Shown piece by piece: positions 23,129 to 36,220 of a stretch of DNA of 64,000 nt (positions within the stretch are counted from its first letter, which is position 1; every line of letters starts with the position of its first letter). The notes under the pieces are model-generated. The model saw nothing but the letters and a program-made list of their open reading frames with translations. It searched no databases and was not told the origin of the DNA. A program made the translations under genes and the position numbers. Origin of the DNA: Felis catus (lineage: Eukaryota); contig NC_058368.1 in assembly GCF_018350175.1 (NCBI RefSeq), positions 5,146,001 through 5,210,000 of the forward strand, given 5' to 3'.

Positions 23129-24169
23129 GGGCGTCGGGGACCCCGCTCCGCCCGCGGGCCGGGCTGCGTGTGCGCGCGCTCGGGGTGTGTGCGTGTGCGC
23201 CGCCACGCGCGTGCCCGGCCGCCCCTACACGGGGGGTTCCCCGTCCCCCGCCGGGTGGGCGCGGAGACCGTCGGGCATCGGCGGGGCCGGCCTCGCCCCG
23301 CGCGGTGTTTGCTGTAGGGCCCCGGGGAGCCGAAGGGCCCCCACGAACGTTTGTCGCCACCTGGGCCCTGGGGACTCGCGCGCGCACCCGGCGGCGACGC
23401 ACCGGCTCTCGACCACCCGCACGGCCACCGCACACGCCCCGCTGCGCTCGGGCGCCCGGGCGTTGGGGCGCCTAATCCTCTAAAGCCCGACACCCCGGTG
23501 CTTCCATCCCGGCACCCCCGGCCCCTCCCGTCCGGACGCTCGCATTTTGTTTCTTATAGACTATATTTAGAAAGCAAAGTCGCGTTAAGCTGGATGTTAC
23601 GTGATTATGATGCACGATGGGTTACCTAGACACCCCCCCCCCCCGCCCTAATGAGAAATCTCTTACCATTTCAGGGCGCCCTGCACGTTTGTAGGTGGAT
23701 CTTTGATTGGAGGAAGGGACAGGGTCTGCACTTTGGGGCTGGGGGCGTTTGGAATTTCTGTGCAGTTTTTGTCGCTTGTTTTGAGAAAGTAGGCTTCTAA
23801 AAATAAGTGACTTTCCCATTTCTCTGGTTGAGTCATGTGAGGTGGAAACGGCAGACCAGTGTTTCCACGTTATCGTCCGGGCGCCTTCAGACTGGTTGGA
23901 GGAGAAGCCCAGTGCGAGAGGATCGCTGGCCGAGACTGGGCAGTGCCGAGTGCGGGCTGAGGCAGGGAGCCCCGCTGGGAGGGGACAGCGGCCATCCGGG
24001 GGCCGGATGGTACCTGTGACAGTGCTTAGGTGGAGCGGAACGGGGCGGAGGGGCGGGGAGAGCGGGCAGGGCCGCCGCCATATGTTTGAAGGCAGAGGCA
24101 ATAGCATTGTTCCTGATACGGATTGAGGCTTCAGTAAACAGAGCATCAAAGGTGGCTGGGAGGAGAAAG

Positions 24170-24345
24170 AGAGTGGAAGAAGGCGCCACTGTGTGACGGT
24201 GCCGTCGCACAGAGCCCCGCTCTTGCGCGAGTCCTGCGTTGGCTTTAATGCTGTGTTGTCGCTGTCTCGGAGGCCTTAATGGGTTTTGAATGAGGGGCCT
24301 GCAGTTTGATTTTGCAGCGGGCCCTGCAAGTTACGGAGCCAGGGT
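24170..24345. mobile_element. MER45A-like hAT MITE
   Basis: gtcgcacagagccccg...tttgcagcgggccctgcaagttacggagcc. Confidence 0.7.
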
Positions 24346-24760
24346 GTATAGATGTGGCCCAGAAGGGAAAGGTCCTTGGACGGAGCCCTAGGTGTGGTGA
24401 CATTTCAAGGTTAGGGCAACCCCCAAGGGGCTGAGAGGATGGTCGAGGGGAAGCCCGGAGAGGTCCTCTGAAGCTCAGCGAGCCAGCCAGCCGTGCGGAG
24501 GGCAGGAGTGCTCAGCTGTGCCCAGTGCTGCTGGGAGCCCAGGAGAGGCACCACCTGCCGACAGCCCGTCATCGAGGGCACGGGTGACCTTGCACGGAAC
24601 TGCTTTGTGGACGCGTGGGCAAGAATGTCTACAGAACACCTTCAGAGAGACTTAAGGGGACAGATATTGGAGACAGCAAGTACAGAAAACTCTTGGCTGA
24701 ATTTTGTAGCAAAGGGGGAGACTGAGCAACCATAGGCTGAGTTTGGATGATGGACCAGGA
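24345..24760 (-). mobile_element. LINE-2 fragment
   Basis: ggtgaccttgcacggaactgctttgtgga...attttgtagcaaaggg. Confidence 0.6.
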
Positions 24761-24899
24761 CGGAGGGAAGTGCTGGGGCTGGGGGTGCTGCAAGGGGAGG
24801 GCCGGTCCATGCTGGAGGGGTAGCCCAGGAGTGTCCTGAGCTTTGAAACTGCTTTCCAGGTGACGGAGGTGCGACACCATGAGTGGGACATTGCCATCA

Positions 24900-26150
24900 G
24901 CAGAACTGGCACTATCACCACCCATTCTGCAGAAACTCTTTTTGGTACTTTACTCCTTCACGTGGAAGAGGTTCTTCAAAGAACCTTTTCTTCTTTTCTT
25001 TTCTCTTTGCTTTTCTTTTCTTTTCATTTCAAACAAGTCTTTTTTTTTTTTTAGCGTTTATTTATTTTGAGAGTGAGAGAGACAGAGTGCGAGCAGGGGA
25101 GGGGGAGAGAGAGAGAGAAACAGAATCCGAAGGAGGCTCCAGGCTCCGAGCTGTCAGCACAGAGCCCAACGTGGGGCTGGAACCCACAAACCACAAGCTC
25201 CTGACCTGAGCTGAAGTCGGATGCTCAACCGACTGAGCCACCCAGGCGCCCCTCGAAGAACCTTTTCTAAAATGAAATGAAACAAACCAACAACCTGTTA
25301 GAATTTGGGTTAAATTTGCATTAAGTTTATAGATTAATCTGGAGCGAGTAGACATTTAAAAAATGTCCCTTTAACCATAAACATGGTATTCTCATCATTT
25401 ATATATGTCTTTTATGTCTTAAAAATTTTTTTTTTATGTTTATTTATTTTTGAGAGAGACAGAGTGTAGGTGGGGGAGAGGCAGAGAGAGGGAGACACAG
25501 AATGTGAAGTGGGCTCTAGGCTCCGAGCTGTCAGTACAGAGCCCAATGCGGGGCTTGAACTCACCAGCTGTGAGATCATGCCCTGAGTCGGAGGCTTAAC
25601 CGACTGAGCCACCCAGGTGCCCCTGGGTCTTTTGTTAAAGTGTCGCAATTTTCTCCATAAATTTCTATGCATTTTAAAAGGTTTATTGCAAGATAATTCT
25701 GTTCCGAGAATAAATGAGCTTATTCAAAAATTACATTTTTAATTGGTTGTTGCTGACGTCTAGGAAACAAGTTTTAATGTTGACTGTTGTATCAACAACC
25801 TAGTGAACTGTCATAAATTTTTGAAGCTTAGGGTTGCTTTAATTTTGTGTGTGTAGACGTTATCTGCAAATATTAATTTCATTTCTTCCTTCATAATTGT
25901 TATAACTCATATGTTTTTCTTATTTGATTACATTCATTAGTACTGCCAATTAAAGTTTGACCAGAAGGGCCATTCTTGCTCTGCTCTTAGAACATTAATG
26001 CTTCCAGAACTCTCTGTTGAGGAATGGTGCTGGAGTCCGCAGCTGTTCTGTAGGACTCTAAGGAAGCACTCTGTACTTCCTACTCAGTACTTTAGGGCAG
26101 AGGCGGGTTTATTGTGCATTTTAAGACACTGGTCAGGGACCAGCAGAATG
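24900..26150 (-). mobile_element. Old L1 with two Can-SINEs (25040-25252, 25415-25623)
   Basis: Degenerate antisense ORF2 motifs and two minus-strand SINE bodies. Confidence 0.75.
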
Positions 26151-26374
26151 CTTAAAGCTACCTGGGTGGTTGTGAGGTCTTTCCCTTTCCTCTTTCCTCC
26201 CTGGGTCTTTGTGTTCAGGAAGAGTGCATCCTGGCCCCCGTATCAGAATGGCCATAATAAAAAATAGTGACCTCAGCAAATCCTGGCAAGGATGCAGAGG
26301 AAGCGGATCATTCCGACATTGTTGCTGGGGATGTAAGACGGCGCAGCCACGCAGGAAGAATGTTTAGCAGTTTC

Positions 26375-27426
26375 TTTTCTTTCTTTCCCTTTTTTGATCG
26401 AAGCATGGTTGACACACAACGTCACATCAGTTTCAGGTGCACGACACAGCGATATGATGTGACATCTCTGTGTGTTATGCTGTGCTCACCACGAGTCTGG
26501 CCCCCCACAGTCACCACTCAGCGTGTTGACTCTGTTCTCTATGCTGTACCTTTCGCCCCCCCGACTTACTCATCCAGACTTGTGGAAGCCTCTCCCTCCC
26601 GCCCTTCTCCATCCGTTTTGTCCGTCTCCCACTCGCCTCTGCTCTGGCAACCATCCGTTTGTTCTCTGTATTTATGGGTCTGTTTCTGCTGCTTTTGTTT
26701 TTTAGATTCCACAGATAAGTGGAATATGGTATTGTCTGTGACTGCTTTCACTTAGCATAATACCCCCTAGGCTGATCCATGTTAGCAAATGGCAAGATTT
26801 CATTCATTTTATGGCGGGGTATATTCCATTGTATGTATGTATACGTATGTATATATATTTATCCGTCTCAATGATCAGTACACAGTTGTCAGTGGACAAT
26901 CAGGTTGCTTCCATTTCTTGGCCGTTGTAAATAATGCTGCAGTGAACATAGGAGTACTTCTTTCTTTTCTGAATTAATGTTTTTGTTTTCTTTGGCTAAA
27001 TACCCAGTAGTGGAATTACCGGGGTATATAGTATTTCTGTTTCTAATTTCTTGAGGAAACTCTGTGCTTTTTTTGTTTTCACCATGCTGCACCAATCCAC
27101 ATTCCTGCCAACGGTGTACAAGGTTTCTCTTTTCCCCACACCCTCACCTACACTTGTTATTTCTTGTCTTCCCGATACCAGCCATTCTGACAGGCGTAGA
27201 GTGACATCTCATGTGGTTTTGGTTTGCATTTTCCTGATGATGAGTGATGTTGAGCACCTTTTTATGTGTCTGTTGGCCACCTGGATGTCTTCTTTGGAAA
27301 ACTGTCTATTCAGTGTAAATTAAAAAATAAATAAATTATTAATAAAGAAAGACAAATGTCTGTTCAGGTCTTCTGACCATTTTTAATTGGATTTTTGGGG
27401 GGTATTGAGTTGTATAAACTCTTTAT
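26375..27426 (-). mobile_element. Carnivore L1 3' end (older)
   Basis: L1 3' UTR and ORF2-end motifs. Confidence 0.85.
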
Positions 27427-28258
27427 TTTATTTTATTTATTTTATTATTTTTTATTATGACATTTATTGTCAAATTGGTTTCCATACAACACCCAGTGCT
27501 CATCCCAACAGGTGCCCTCCTCAATGCTCATCACCCACTTTCCCCTCCCTCCCACCCCCCATCAACCCTCAGTTTATTCTCCGTTTTTAAGAGTCTCTTA
27601 TGGTTTGGCTCCCTCCCTCTCTTTTTTTTTTCCTTCCCCTCCCCCGTGGTCTTCTGTTAAGTTTCTCAGGATCCACGTAAGAGTGAAAACATATGGTGTC
27701 TGTCTTTCTCTTATGACTTATTTCACTTAGCATAACACTCTCCAGTTCCATCCACGTTGCTACAAAAGGCCATATTTCATTCTTTCTCTTTGCCATGTGC
27801 TATTCCATTGTGTATATAAACCACAATTTCTTTATTCATCCGTTGATGGACATTTAGGCTTTTTCCATAATTTGGCTATTGTTGAAAGTGCTGCTGTTAA
27901 CATTGGGGTACAAGTGCTCCTATGCATCAGCACTCCTGTATCCTCTGGGTAAAGTCCTAGCAGTGCTATTGCCGGGTCATAGGGTAGACCTATTTTTAAT
28001 TTTTGAGGAACCTCCACACTGTTTTCCAGAGGGGCTGCACCAGTTTGCGTTCCCACCAGCCGTGCAAGAGGGTTCCCATTTCTCCACATCCTCGCCAGCA
28101 TCTATAGTCTCCTGATTTGTTCATTTTAGCCACTCTGACCTGTGTGAGGGGATATCTCAGTGTGGTTTTGATTTGTATTTCCCTGATGAGGAGCGACGTT
28201 GAGCATCGTTTCATGTGCCTGTTGGCCATCTGGATGTCTTTGGAAAAATGTCTATTCA
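27427..28258 (-). mobile_element. Younger felid L1 3' end, 5'-truncated
   Basis: ORF2p C-terminus [33 protein letters not shown]...[14 protein letters not shown]. Confidence 0.92.
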
Positions 28259-28688
28259 ATGTAAATTAAATACATAAATAAATTATTAATAAAAAAATAA
28301 AAATGCCTAATCAGGTCTTCTGACCATTTTTAATTGGATTTTTTTGGGGTACTGAGTTGTATAAACTCTTTATATAATTTGGCTATGGTAGTTTCTTATA
28401 AAGCTGAACACACAACTGTCATTTGACATGGCAATTGTCCTCTTGGGCATTCATTTCAGAGAAATGGAAACCTGTCTTTACACAAAAACTTATGCGTGAA
28501 TATCCATAGCAGCTCTATTCATCATAGCCAAAATTTGCATGTCTTTCCATGGCCGAAAGGATAAACAAGCTGTGGTATATCCATACCATGTAATACTACA
28601 CGGCAATACGCAGGAACCAAATACTGGAAACACCACAACTGGGGTGGGTCTCCAGGGAGTTGTGCTGAGTACAAAAAGTCCAATTACG

Positions 28689-28909
28689 GGGGCGCCTGGG
28701 TGGCTCAGTCGGTTAAGTGGCTGACTTCGGCTCAGGTCATGATCTTGCGGTCCGTGAGTTCGAGCCCCGCGTCGGGCTCTGTGCTGACAGCTCGGAGCCT
28801 GGAGCCTGCTTCCGATTCTGTGTCTCCCTCTCTCTGACCCTCCCCCGTTCATGCTCTGTCTCTCTCTGTCTCAAAAATAAACGTTAAAAAAAAATTAAAA
28901 AAAAAACCC
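28689..28909 (+). mobile_element. Can-SINE
   Basis: 16-bp TSD aaaaagtccaattacg. Confidence 0.95.
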
Positions 28910-29844
28910 AAAAAGTCCAATTACGAAGACTACGTGTCACCTTATCCTGTTTATATGACATTCATGAAATGGCAAAATTAGAGGAATGGGGAATAGGTTG
29001 GTGGTTGCCAGAAATGAAGGAGGGCGTACGGGCAGGAAGGATCAAACGGCAACATTAGGGATCCTTGGGGTGGTAAGAATGTTCTGTGTCCTGACTTACC
29101 AATAGCAGTGCCCTGGTTGTGATATGGTGCTATAATTTTGAAAGGTGTTTCCACGGGGGAAAGCTGGGTAAAGGGTACACAGGATCTGTGTTTCTTACAA
29201 CTGCATGTGGATCTAAAATGATCTCAAAATGTTTCATGAAAAAAAAAAACAAGGTAAACTGTAGTGATTTTTCGTCAAAAGAAAATAGTTGTCAAGTTTC
29301 AGATCCTGTAATAAACTCTCAGTTTAAGACAGTGGACTGAAATTATTATAGTTTCATTGATAGGATGTTTCCTCGGGGAAATTGCATCGTACATCACCTG
29401 TTTCTAGAACACGGCAGAGCCTCTGTGTTTGATAAGCTCTGTGCTTGACGCACTACCTCCTGCTTGATGTCATCTTGGCGGGGTCTGGGCCAGGGGTACT
29501 CCGTTGAAATTATTCTCATTTTTTATAAACTCGTAGTGAAGGGATCAAAGGCCACCGTCTGCCTCAAGATGATGTGCTCAGCTGCGTACTATTTAGTAAA
29601 ATAATTCTGGGATGATTATTTTTTGCTCATGAGGTATCTTTGACTCCTGTCTTCATCTGGATATTCAAAGGTACTTTTGCCAAGTCTCCCTTTCTCCAAA
29701 TATATGTTCGGTGTCCGTGTGGCTGAGATATTTTACCAGGTGATGGGAATACAGAGACTGACCAGGGGTGGCCCCCCGGCCTATCTGGAGCGTACCGTTG
29801 GCCCAGGGAGGAGCCTTTCAGTCCAGGAAGGGGGACAGAGCTGT

Positions 29845-29970
29845 TGATTTTAACAGATATGTACTGAGTGCCCACCACGTGCCAGGCACCGCTCCTGGTG
29901 CTAGAAACGCAGCGGTGAGCGGAGCAGGTGCTCTCTCGTGGAGCTTGTGGCCCTAGTGGTTGGATACAAC
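29845..29970 (-). mobile_element. LINE-2 3' end
   Basis: tactgagtgcccaccacgtgccaggcac. Confidence 0.65.
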
Positions 29971-30147
29971 ACACGGGGTCGGCGTGCACAACTCTCTTCC
30001 TCTGCCTCACCGTGGCACGCATGGCCTGTGACAGCTCGTGGAAGGTAACACTCGCGGGCAGCGCACACGGATGAGTGATGAATCTGTGAGTGTGTGTATG
30101 GGTGTGCAGGGTGAGGTGAGGTGTGAGGACAGAACGGAAGAGAGAGG

Positions 30148-30374
30148 TTTTTTTTTTTTAATTTTTTTTTTCAACGTTTATTTATTTTTGGGACAGAGAG
30201 AGACAGAGCATGAACGGGGGAGGGGCAGAGAGAGAGGGAGACACAGAATCGGAAACAGGCTCCAGGCTCTGAGCCATCAGCCCAGAGCCTGACGCGGGGC
30301 TCGAACTCCCGGACCGCGAGATCGTGACCTGGCTGAAGTCGGACGCTTAACCGACTGCGCCACCCAGGCGCCCC
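30148..30374 (-). mobile_element. Very young Can-SINE
   Basis: One mismatch in ~200 bp versus the copy at 33153-33370. Confidence 0.95.
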
Positions 30375-31160
30375 GAGAGAGTTGTTTTTTACAGACTGTG
30401 ACGTCAGAGGTATCTAGCTGCCTCCCTGTTTTATTAAATTTAGGGATTTGGCTTAAATGACAGAAGATTAGCAATGGAGAGCGGGTGGGCAGCCAGCGCA
30501 CGGACCAGAGACGGAAACCGGAGGAGGACGGCAGATCTTCCAGAAACTGTCCCCAGTGTCCTCCTCCCAGCCCCACCCTGGACCCATCCATGTCCTCTGT
30601 CCTCTCCTGGTCCTCAAAGGCGGGTTTTTTTTTTTGTTTTGTTTCGTTTATAAAGAGTTCCCGTGTGGACTCAGTTTTCCCATAACCACCTGCCCCACGT
30701 GTCAAGGGGCCAAGTGGGCAAATGAGGGCAGCGGAAAGTGGAGAGAGCTCTTCTGTTAGGACGTGTGCCGGGAGGCCTAGCTGGCTGGCGTGTTGAATTA
30801 AGAACGGGCAGATCATGACCTGCGGAGGGAGGAGGCGAAGGCCACTTGCCTGAGGCTGGCAGGGGGCTCCCTCAGCCCCCAAGCGCCCGCTTTGGGAAAG
30901 TGAAAGCCCTCTGGGTCGTTTTGACCAAAGGTGCGGTTTTGGTACGCTTACACAAAGGGAGGAGTCACCAGAGTTATTACCCACAAAGCCCAGAAATGGG
31001 GCTGGGGGTGCAGTGAGCTGGGGGGGAGGGTGGTCCTCCATCCGGGGGGGCATGAGTGAGCCGGAGGCAGAGAACAGGGTCGCAAGCACCTGTTTCCTAT
31101 AAGGTGGTCAGGGTGGAGGGCAGTAACTTCTGACGACCTTAACTCGAAGGGGTTATTTTA

Positions 31161-31422
31161 TTTTATTTTATTTTATTTTATTTTATTTTATTTTATTTTA
31201 TTTTTTTAATTGTTTTTAACGTTTTTATTTATTTTTGAGACAGAGAGAGACAGAGCATGAACGGGGGAGGGGCAGAGAGAGAGGGAGACACAGAATCGGA
31301 AGCAGGCTCCAGGCTCTGAGCCATCAGCCCAGAGCCCGACGCAGGGCTCGAACTCATGGACCGCGAGATCGTGACCCGGGCTGAAGTTGGATGCTTAACT
31401 GACTGAGCCACCCAGGCGCCCT
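31161..31422 (-). mobile_element. Can-SINE with (TTTTA)n tail
   Basis: TSD gaaggggttatttta. Confidence 0.95.
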
Positions 31423-31952
31423 GAAGGGGTTATTTTAAAAGATGCCTTGGGGAAGGCACAGTGGCAACTTTCGGGGCCCTCCCAAGCTCAAGTCCATACG
31501 TGAATGTCCAGACCCTGGGTGTGAGTAGGGGAGCCATGCCGTAAAACACCCAGGCGGCAACTCAGAAACACAGACGTTGTCTTTCATCACGAAGGGCGGG
31601 ACGGCGTCTCAGAAATGGCCAGATCCTCCCGTTTCACCGAGGAGAAAGACAGTTCAGAGACATTCCTCGCCTCTTGGTTAATTTCTGACAGGACCAGCTA
31701 ATCCCCCAAGTCCAGTGTGCTTTTGGCCACCTCCGGTGCACGTGGTTCAGTATCACACCCAAGCTGAACAGAACAGGCTCTGTTTTTGTTTTCTGTTCCT
31801 CAAATGGAAAGACATAAAGAGTTAGGCCTAGTTGCTCCTGCTTCTGTTTTCTCTACTGTCTATCCTGTGGGTACTCAGAGCTCTGACTGAGCTCTGTCAT
31901 GGATCAATTTTGGACTTGGTCTAATGGGCTAGATTGTGTTTGGAACTTTCTT

Positions 31953-32168
31953 AAAAAAATTTTTTTTTTAACGTTTATTTATTTTTGAGACAGAGACAGA
32001 GCATGAACGGGGGAGGGGCAGAGAGAGAGGGAGACACAGAATCTGAAACAGGCTCCAGGCTCCGAGCGGTCAGCACAGAGCCCGACGCGGGGCTCGAACT
32101 CACGGACCGCGAGGTCATGACCTGAGCCGAAGTCGGACGCTTAACCGACTGCGTCACCCAGGCGCCCC
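31953..32168 (-). mobile_element. Can-SINE
   Basis: 17-bp TSD gtgtttggaactttctt. Confidence 0.95.
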
Positions 32169-32360
32169 GTGTTTGGAACTTTCTTGATGGCAGTATGCAT
32201 CGGGGTTCAAATACCTGGCTTCAGGATCAGAGAGAATTGGATTCAGTTCTGTATGACGTTGGAAAGCTTCCTTTATTTCTATTATAGATGTGAATGAAAA
32301 TTACAATTTGTACCCCATGGGGTGGTTGTGATTAGTAATGTGTATCAAAGTGCATGCCTT

Positions 32361-32577
32361 GGGGCGCCTGGGTGGCTCAGTTGGTTGAGCATCTGACTTC
32401 AGCTCAGGTCATGATCTCGCAGTTTGTGAGTTCGAGCCCCGCGTCAGGCTCTGTGCTGACAATTCAGAGCCTGGAGCCTGCTTCCAAGTCTGTGTCTCCA
32501 TCTCTCTCTGCCTCTCCCCTGCTGATGCTCTGCCTCTCTCTCTGTCAAAAATAAATACACTTAAAAAAAAAAAAAAG
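32361..32577 (+). mobile_element. Can-SINE at the end of a MIR remnant
   Basis: TSD aagtgcatgcctt. Confidence 0.93.
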
Positions 32578-32926
32578 AAGTGCATGCCTTAATTATTTGA
32601 TACATTAAGAGAACTTTGTGATGCAATCACGCTTGTATTGACAATATACAAGGTAAACTCCTACCCTGCATGACCGTGGAATTGGAGGAAACTTCACCTC
32701 TCACCGTTTCGCCAGGTTAAATCTCACGATGGAGGCCTGTGGAGGACATGAGTGTATGAAGTCACCACGCGAGCATTTGAGCATTCTTCGCGTGTCCTTA
32801 TCCGGGTGTATGTGATCACCCGCCAAGCACTCTGATATACGTAGAGAATTCATCCTCCAGTGTCTCTGGAGACTTTCCCCTGCTGTTCATTTGTCCTACC
32901 GTCATGGCCCTTTTTTTCCCCTACAG

Positions 32927-33112
32927 GTGGCCAGTAAACACCCTAGTTGACGGCTTCAGTTGCTTAATAATTGACTTAACTTTTACAGCGGATGTTTTAT
33001 CTTAAACCCTTATCTGACCGAGGTGCCAGCGAGACTGACGTTTCAATTCAAATTATTCTCTAAAAAACTCTGCAGACATTGAGGGGAGGATGTGCATAGA
33101 ACACCTTTAAAG
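32927..33112 (+). other. Candidate cryptic/poison exon (186 nt) in ATP8A2 intron 1
   Basis: ccctttttttcccctacag acceptor, AAAG|gtgagc donor; stop codons in the ATP8A2 frame. Confidence 0.3.
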
Positions 33113-33152
33113 GTGAGCCTCTGCCTTTCCTTCTTGGATCTTTACATTTTAT

Positions 33153-33370
33153 AAACATTTTTTTTTTCAACGTTTATTTATTTTTGGGACAGAGAGAGAC
33201 AGAGCATGAATGGGGGAGGGGCAGAGAGAGAGGGAGACACAGAATCGGAAACAGGCTCCAGGCTCTGAGCCATCAGCCCAGAGCCTGACGCGGGGCTCGA
33301 ACTCCCGGACCGCGAGATCGTGACCTGGCTGAAGTCGGACGCTTAACCGACTGCGCCACCCAGGCGCCCC
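33153..33370 (-). mobile_element. Very young Can-SINE
   Basis: 15-bp TSD gatctttacatttta. Confidence 0.95.
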
Positions 33371-35117
33371 GATCTTTACATTTACTAAATATAACCTGTG
33401 GTCAATGCCGCACTAGATACAAGATCTTATTTACATCCATTTAGGCTGGGGAAAGTGCTCAGGGCCGATGCTAACAACTGTTAAGAAAGTCTAAAAATAA
33501 AAGTGATGTCATGTTCATGCCCTGGGAGTTCTTCCCCGTCGTTAAGGGCAAACTCCGGAATAAGACCTGGGAGAGAGCCCTCACCAGGACAGAGCACCAA
33601 GGAAGCCAGGATGGTTGGTTGCCCACGCGAAATACCCTGACGACCTGTAGGGACACATGGACACCTGGGTCTTTCCTGCAAAGATGTGTTCATAAGGGTG
33701 CACGAGTAGTACTGTTCATTCATCAGTAGTGATTGTGGAGGGCTCCCTGTGTCAGCACGAACGTGTGTGTGTGTGTGTGCGCGCCCGTGTGTGCATGTCT
33801 CTTCCTCGGACAGTTCATCTCTTACTTTGCTCATTGCTTGTAAGAATCAGAATCTGATATCACATCACCTGTCACCCGAAAAAGTGACCTAATCTCTGTT
33901 AACTTTGAACTAGAGATTTTACATTTGCAAGTAGACTTTCCAGACTTGTAATCTCATGCTAAATAATAAGCAAATGTGACATTTCACACATTTCGGTGAA
34001 GCGTTTGGGGGCTGCTTCTCCCTCTTCTGTCCCGAGGGGTGCTGTGTGGGCCGCGATCAGTGCTGAGGATCCCTGGATTACTGTAAATATTTTAAGCACA
34101 TTACCGAGACTGGTCGTACGGGAAACTAGAGTAAGCAAATACTACACGGAGTAAAGACCTCTCTGCTCTGACATTTGGAAGCTCATTCCAGATCCTAAGT
34201 TCAGGGAGGGTTGCTGTTTTTTCACCGGCCTTCAGTGATGCCTTCATATCATGGACAAGCTCATTCACATTCAGAGGGAGACACTGCACACTGGCAAGCT
34301 GTTCAGCTTCGTGCCCCACAGGATCAGGCCTCTTATGAGCTATTTTTAGCCACGTAATGATTATCCTTATTTAAGACTCTTTTCCATTTTCTTTTTGCTT
34401 TTTTTTATTTGCACCGAGGAAACAGAACTTGGGTTTTAAAACTGCAGAATTTTTGTCTTTGGACCCCCAAAGAAGTAGTTACTGTTTGTCTAGCAAACAA
34501 ACTAAGTGACCTTTTGTTCTTGAATCTCAGGAGCCTCGCTCCACAGCTGAGTTTAACTGAATTGCTAAGAGTGTAGGATAGTGTGAGGGGTTTCTGTGGT
34601 GTCCCCTGCCCCCACGGTCCCTTCCCCAGATTACCCGTGCTGTTCACTTGTGCTGCTGAGAGTTTTAGAAATACGCTCTTGGGGTCTGCCCTACCTACGT
34701 TCATGCTCATGGTGACCTTCCTGATGCTTGGAAATACGTCTGTTCCACTCTATTTAGCTCTTCCACTCTCTGATTTTCAGATGTCAGGGTGTGGGCAGAT
34801 ATTCTGGAAGGGAAGACACCACTGTGAGCAAGTGACTGAGGGGGCCTCAGGTAAAATAAAGTGCACAGGTAGGGGCTGTTACGGTATTCCAGGTGAGGAA
34901 TGATGAGGGCCTGATCCAGGGAAGCATCAGAGATACAAAGAGAGAATGACTGGGGAGCACAGCTGAGTTGGAATGGACGTGGTGTAGAGATGGAACCAGA
35001 CAAGTAGAAACGTCTATCCATCTTGCCTGTCCATTATTTGTCCTTTGAGAGCCCAGGCACTTCGCAGAAGTGGGCAATACTTCAGAGAGTCAGACGTTAT
35101 CGGAGTCAAAGGTGACT

Positions 35118-35419
35118 CTGTGCCATCCAAGATGGCGGCCAGCAGCCGCAGGGGGTTACTGGGCACTTGAGAGTCAGAACCCAGTGTAGTGTGCACACTG
35201 CATTCTGAAGGCTTAGTAGGAAAAAAGAATCTGAGACATCGCATTAGTAATATATGGTGTTTCTCACATATTGAAATCATACTTGGGATTGGTCAAGTTA
35301 AATAAAATATATTATTCCCATTATTTTCCATTTCTTTGTATTTTTTTTTTTTAATGTGCCTATGAGAAAAGTTCAGATTGTGTATGTAGCTTGCATTGTA
35401 TTTCCATTGGACAACACTG
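35118..35419. mobile_element. MER33-like hAT-Charlie MITE
   Basis: gttaaataaaatatattatt...cattggacaacactg terminus. Confidence 0.75.
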
Positions 35420-35739
35420 TCATAGATCGTCTTGTCCAAGCACTTGTGATTGACTATTCATGGAATTGTAGACTTTCAGCAATAAAATTATCTGGGAGCC
35501 CAACATCCTCCCCTCTGGGGGAGGAAACCAAGGCTCTGACAGGTTACATTCTGGAACCTGCCTGGTGTTCCAGGGGTGGCGACCGCCTGGGGTCCATGTC
35601 TTTCTACTCTTCCAGTATTCTTTTCAGGCTTATTTTGTCTTTCTCTGGCACGGAGTAAATCTCTCTTGGGCACAATGTAAGCGATCCACCTTGAGTTTAT
35701 TTTGAAAATTAACTGGGTCATAGTGCAATATGACCAATA

Positions 35740-36100
35740 TGTTTGGTTTTGCTTTCCACAGTTTCACTCACAAGGCAGAACATCATCTGGAAACAGATGA
35801 TTCTCGTTTTGAGCAATTGGTAGAGGGTCCACAGTAGCCTAACGCTGCGTCACAACGCCTGTGTCACTGACCTCACTTCATCTCATCACGTGGGCATTTT
35901 ATCATGTCCCATCATCACAAGAGGAAGGGTGATTGCAGTGTAAAAAGTTATTTTGAGGGAGAGGCCACATTCACATTAATTTTATTGTGGTATATTGTTG
36001 TTACAATTGATCTGTTTATTAGTAGCTATTAATCTCTTACTGTGCCTAATTTATGAATTTAACTTTATCACAGATACGTATTACGTACAGGAAAAACACA

Positions 36101-36146
<46 letters not shown>

Positions 36147-36220
36147 CTCAGTACTATCCACGGTTTCAGGCATCCACTGGGGGTGTTAGAACGTGTCTTC
36201 GTGCATAAGGGGGGCTACTG
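35740..36220. mobile_element. MER44/Tigger7-type MITE containing (TA)~20
   Basis: tactatccacggtttcaggcatccactgggg...ggggggctactg|ta terminus. Confidence 0.8.

Larger units (their letters stand above)
22400..24070. promoter_or_regulatory. ATP8A2: CpG island / ATP8A2 promoter, 5' UTR and start of intron 1
   Basis: Very high GC and CpG density with many GC boxes around exon 1. Confidence 0.9.
26235..29250 (+). mobile_element. Old L1 3' end (sense), split by 26375-28385
   Basis: Halves rejoin at gcagtttctt/gtagtttctt; A-tail near 29240. Confidence 0.75.

Noticed and set aside
22488..23493. Long ORFs (324, 315, 224 aa) across the ATP8A2 CpG island
   Set aside because: Stop-poor GC-rich DNA; only 22840-22915 matches a known protein, and it ends at a splice donor.
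30754..31548. Possible TG...CA-bounded solo LTR
   Set aside because: No matching TSD and no family motif I can confirm.
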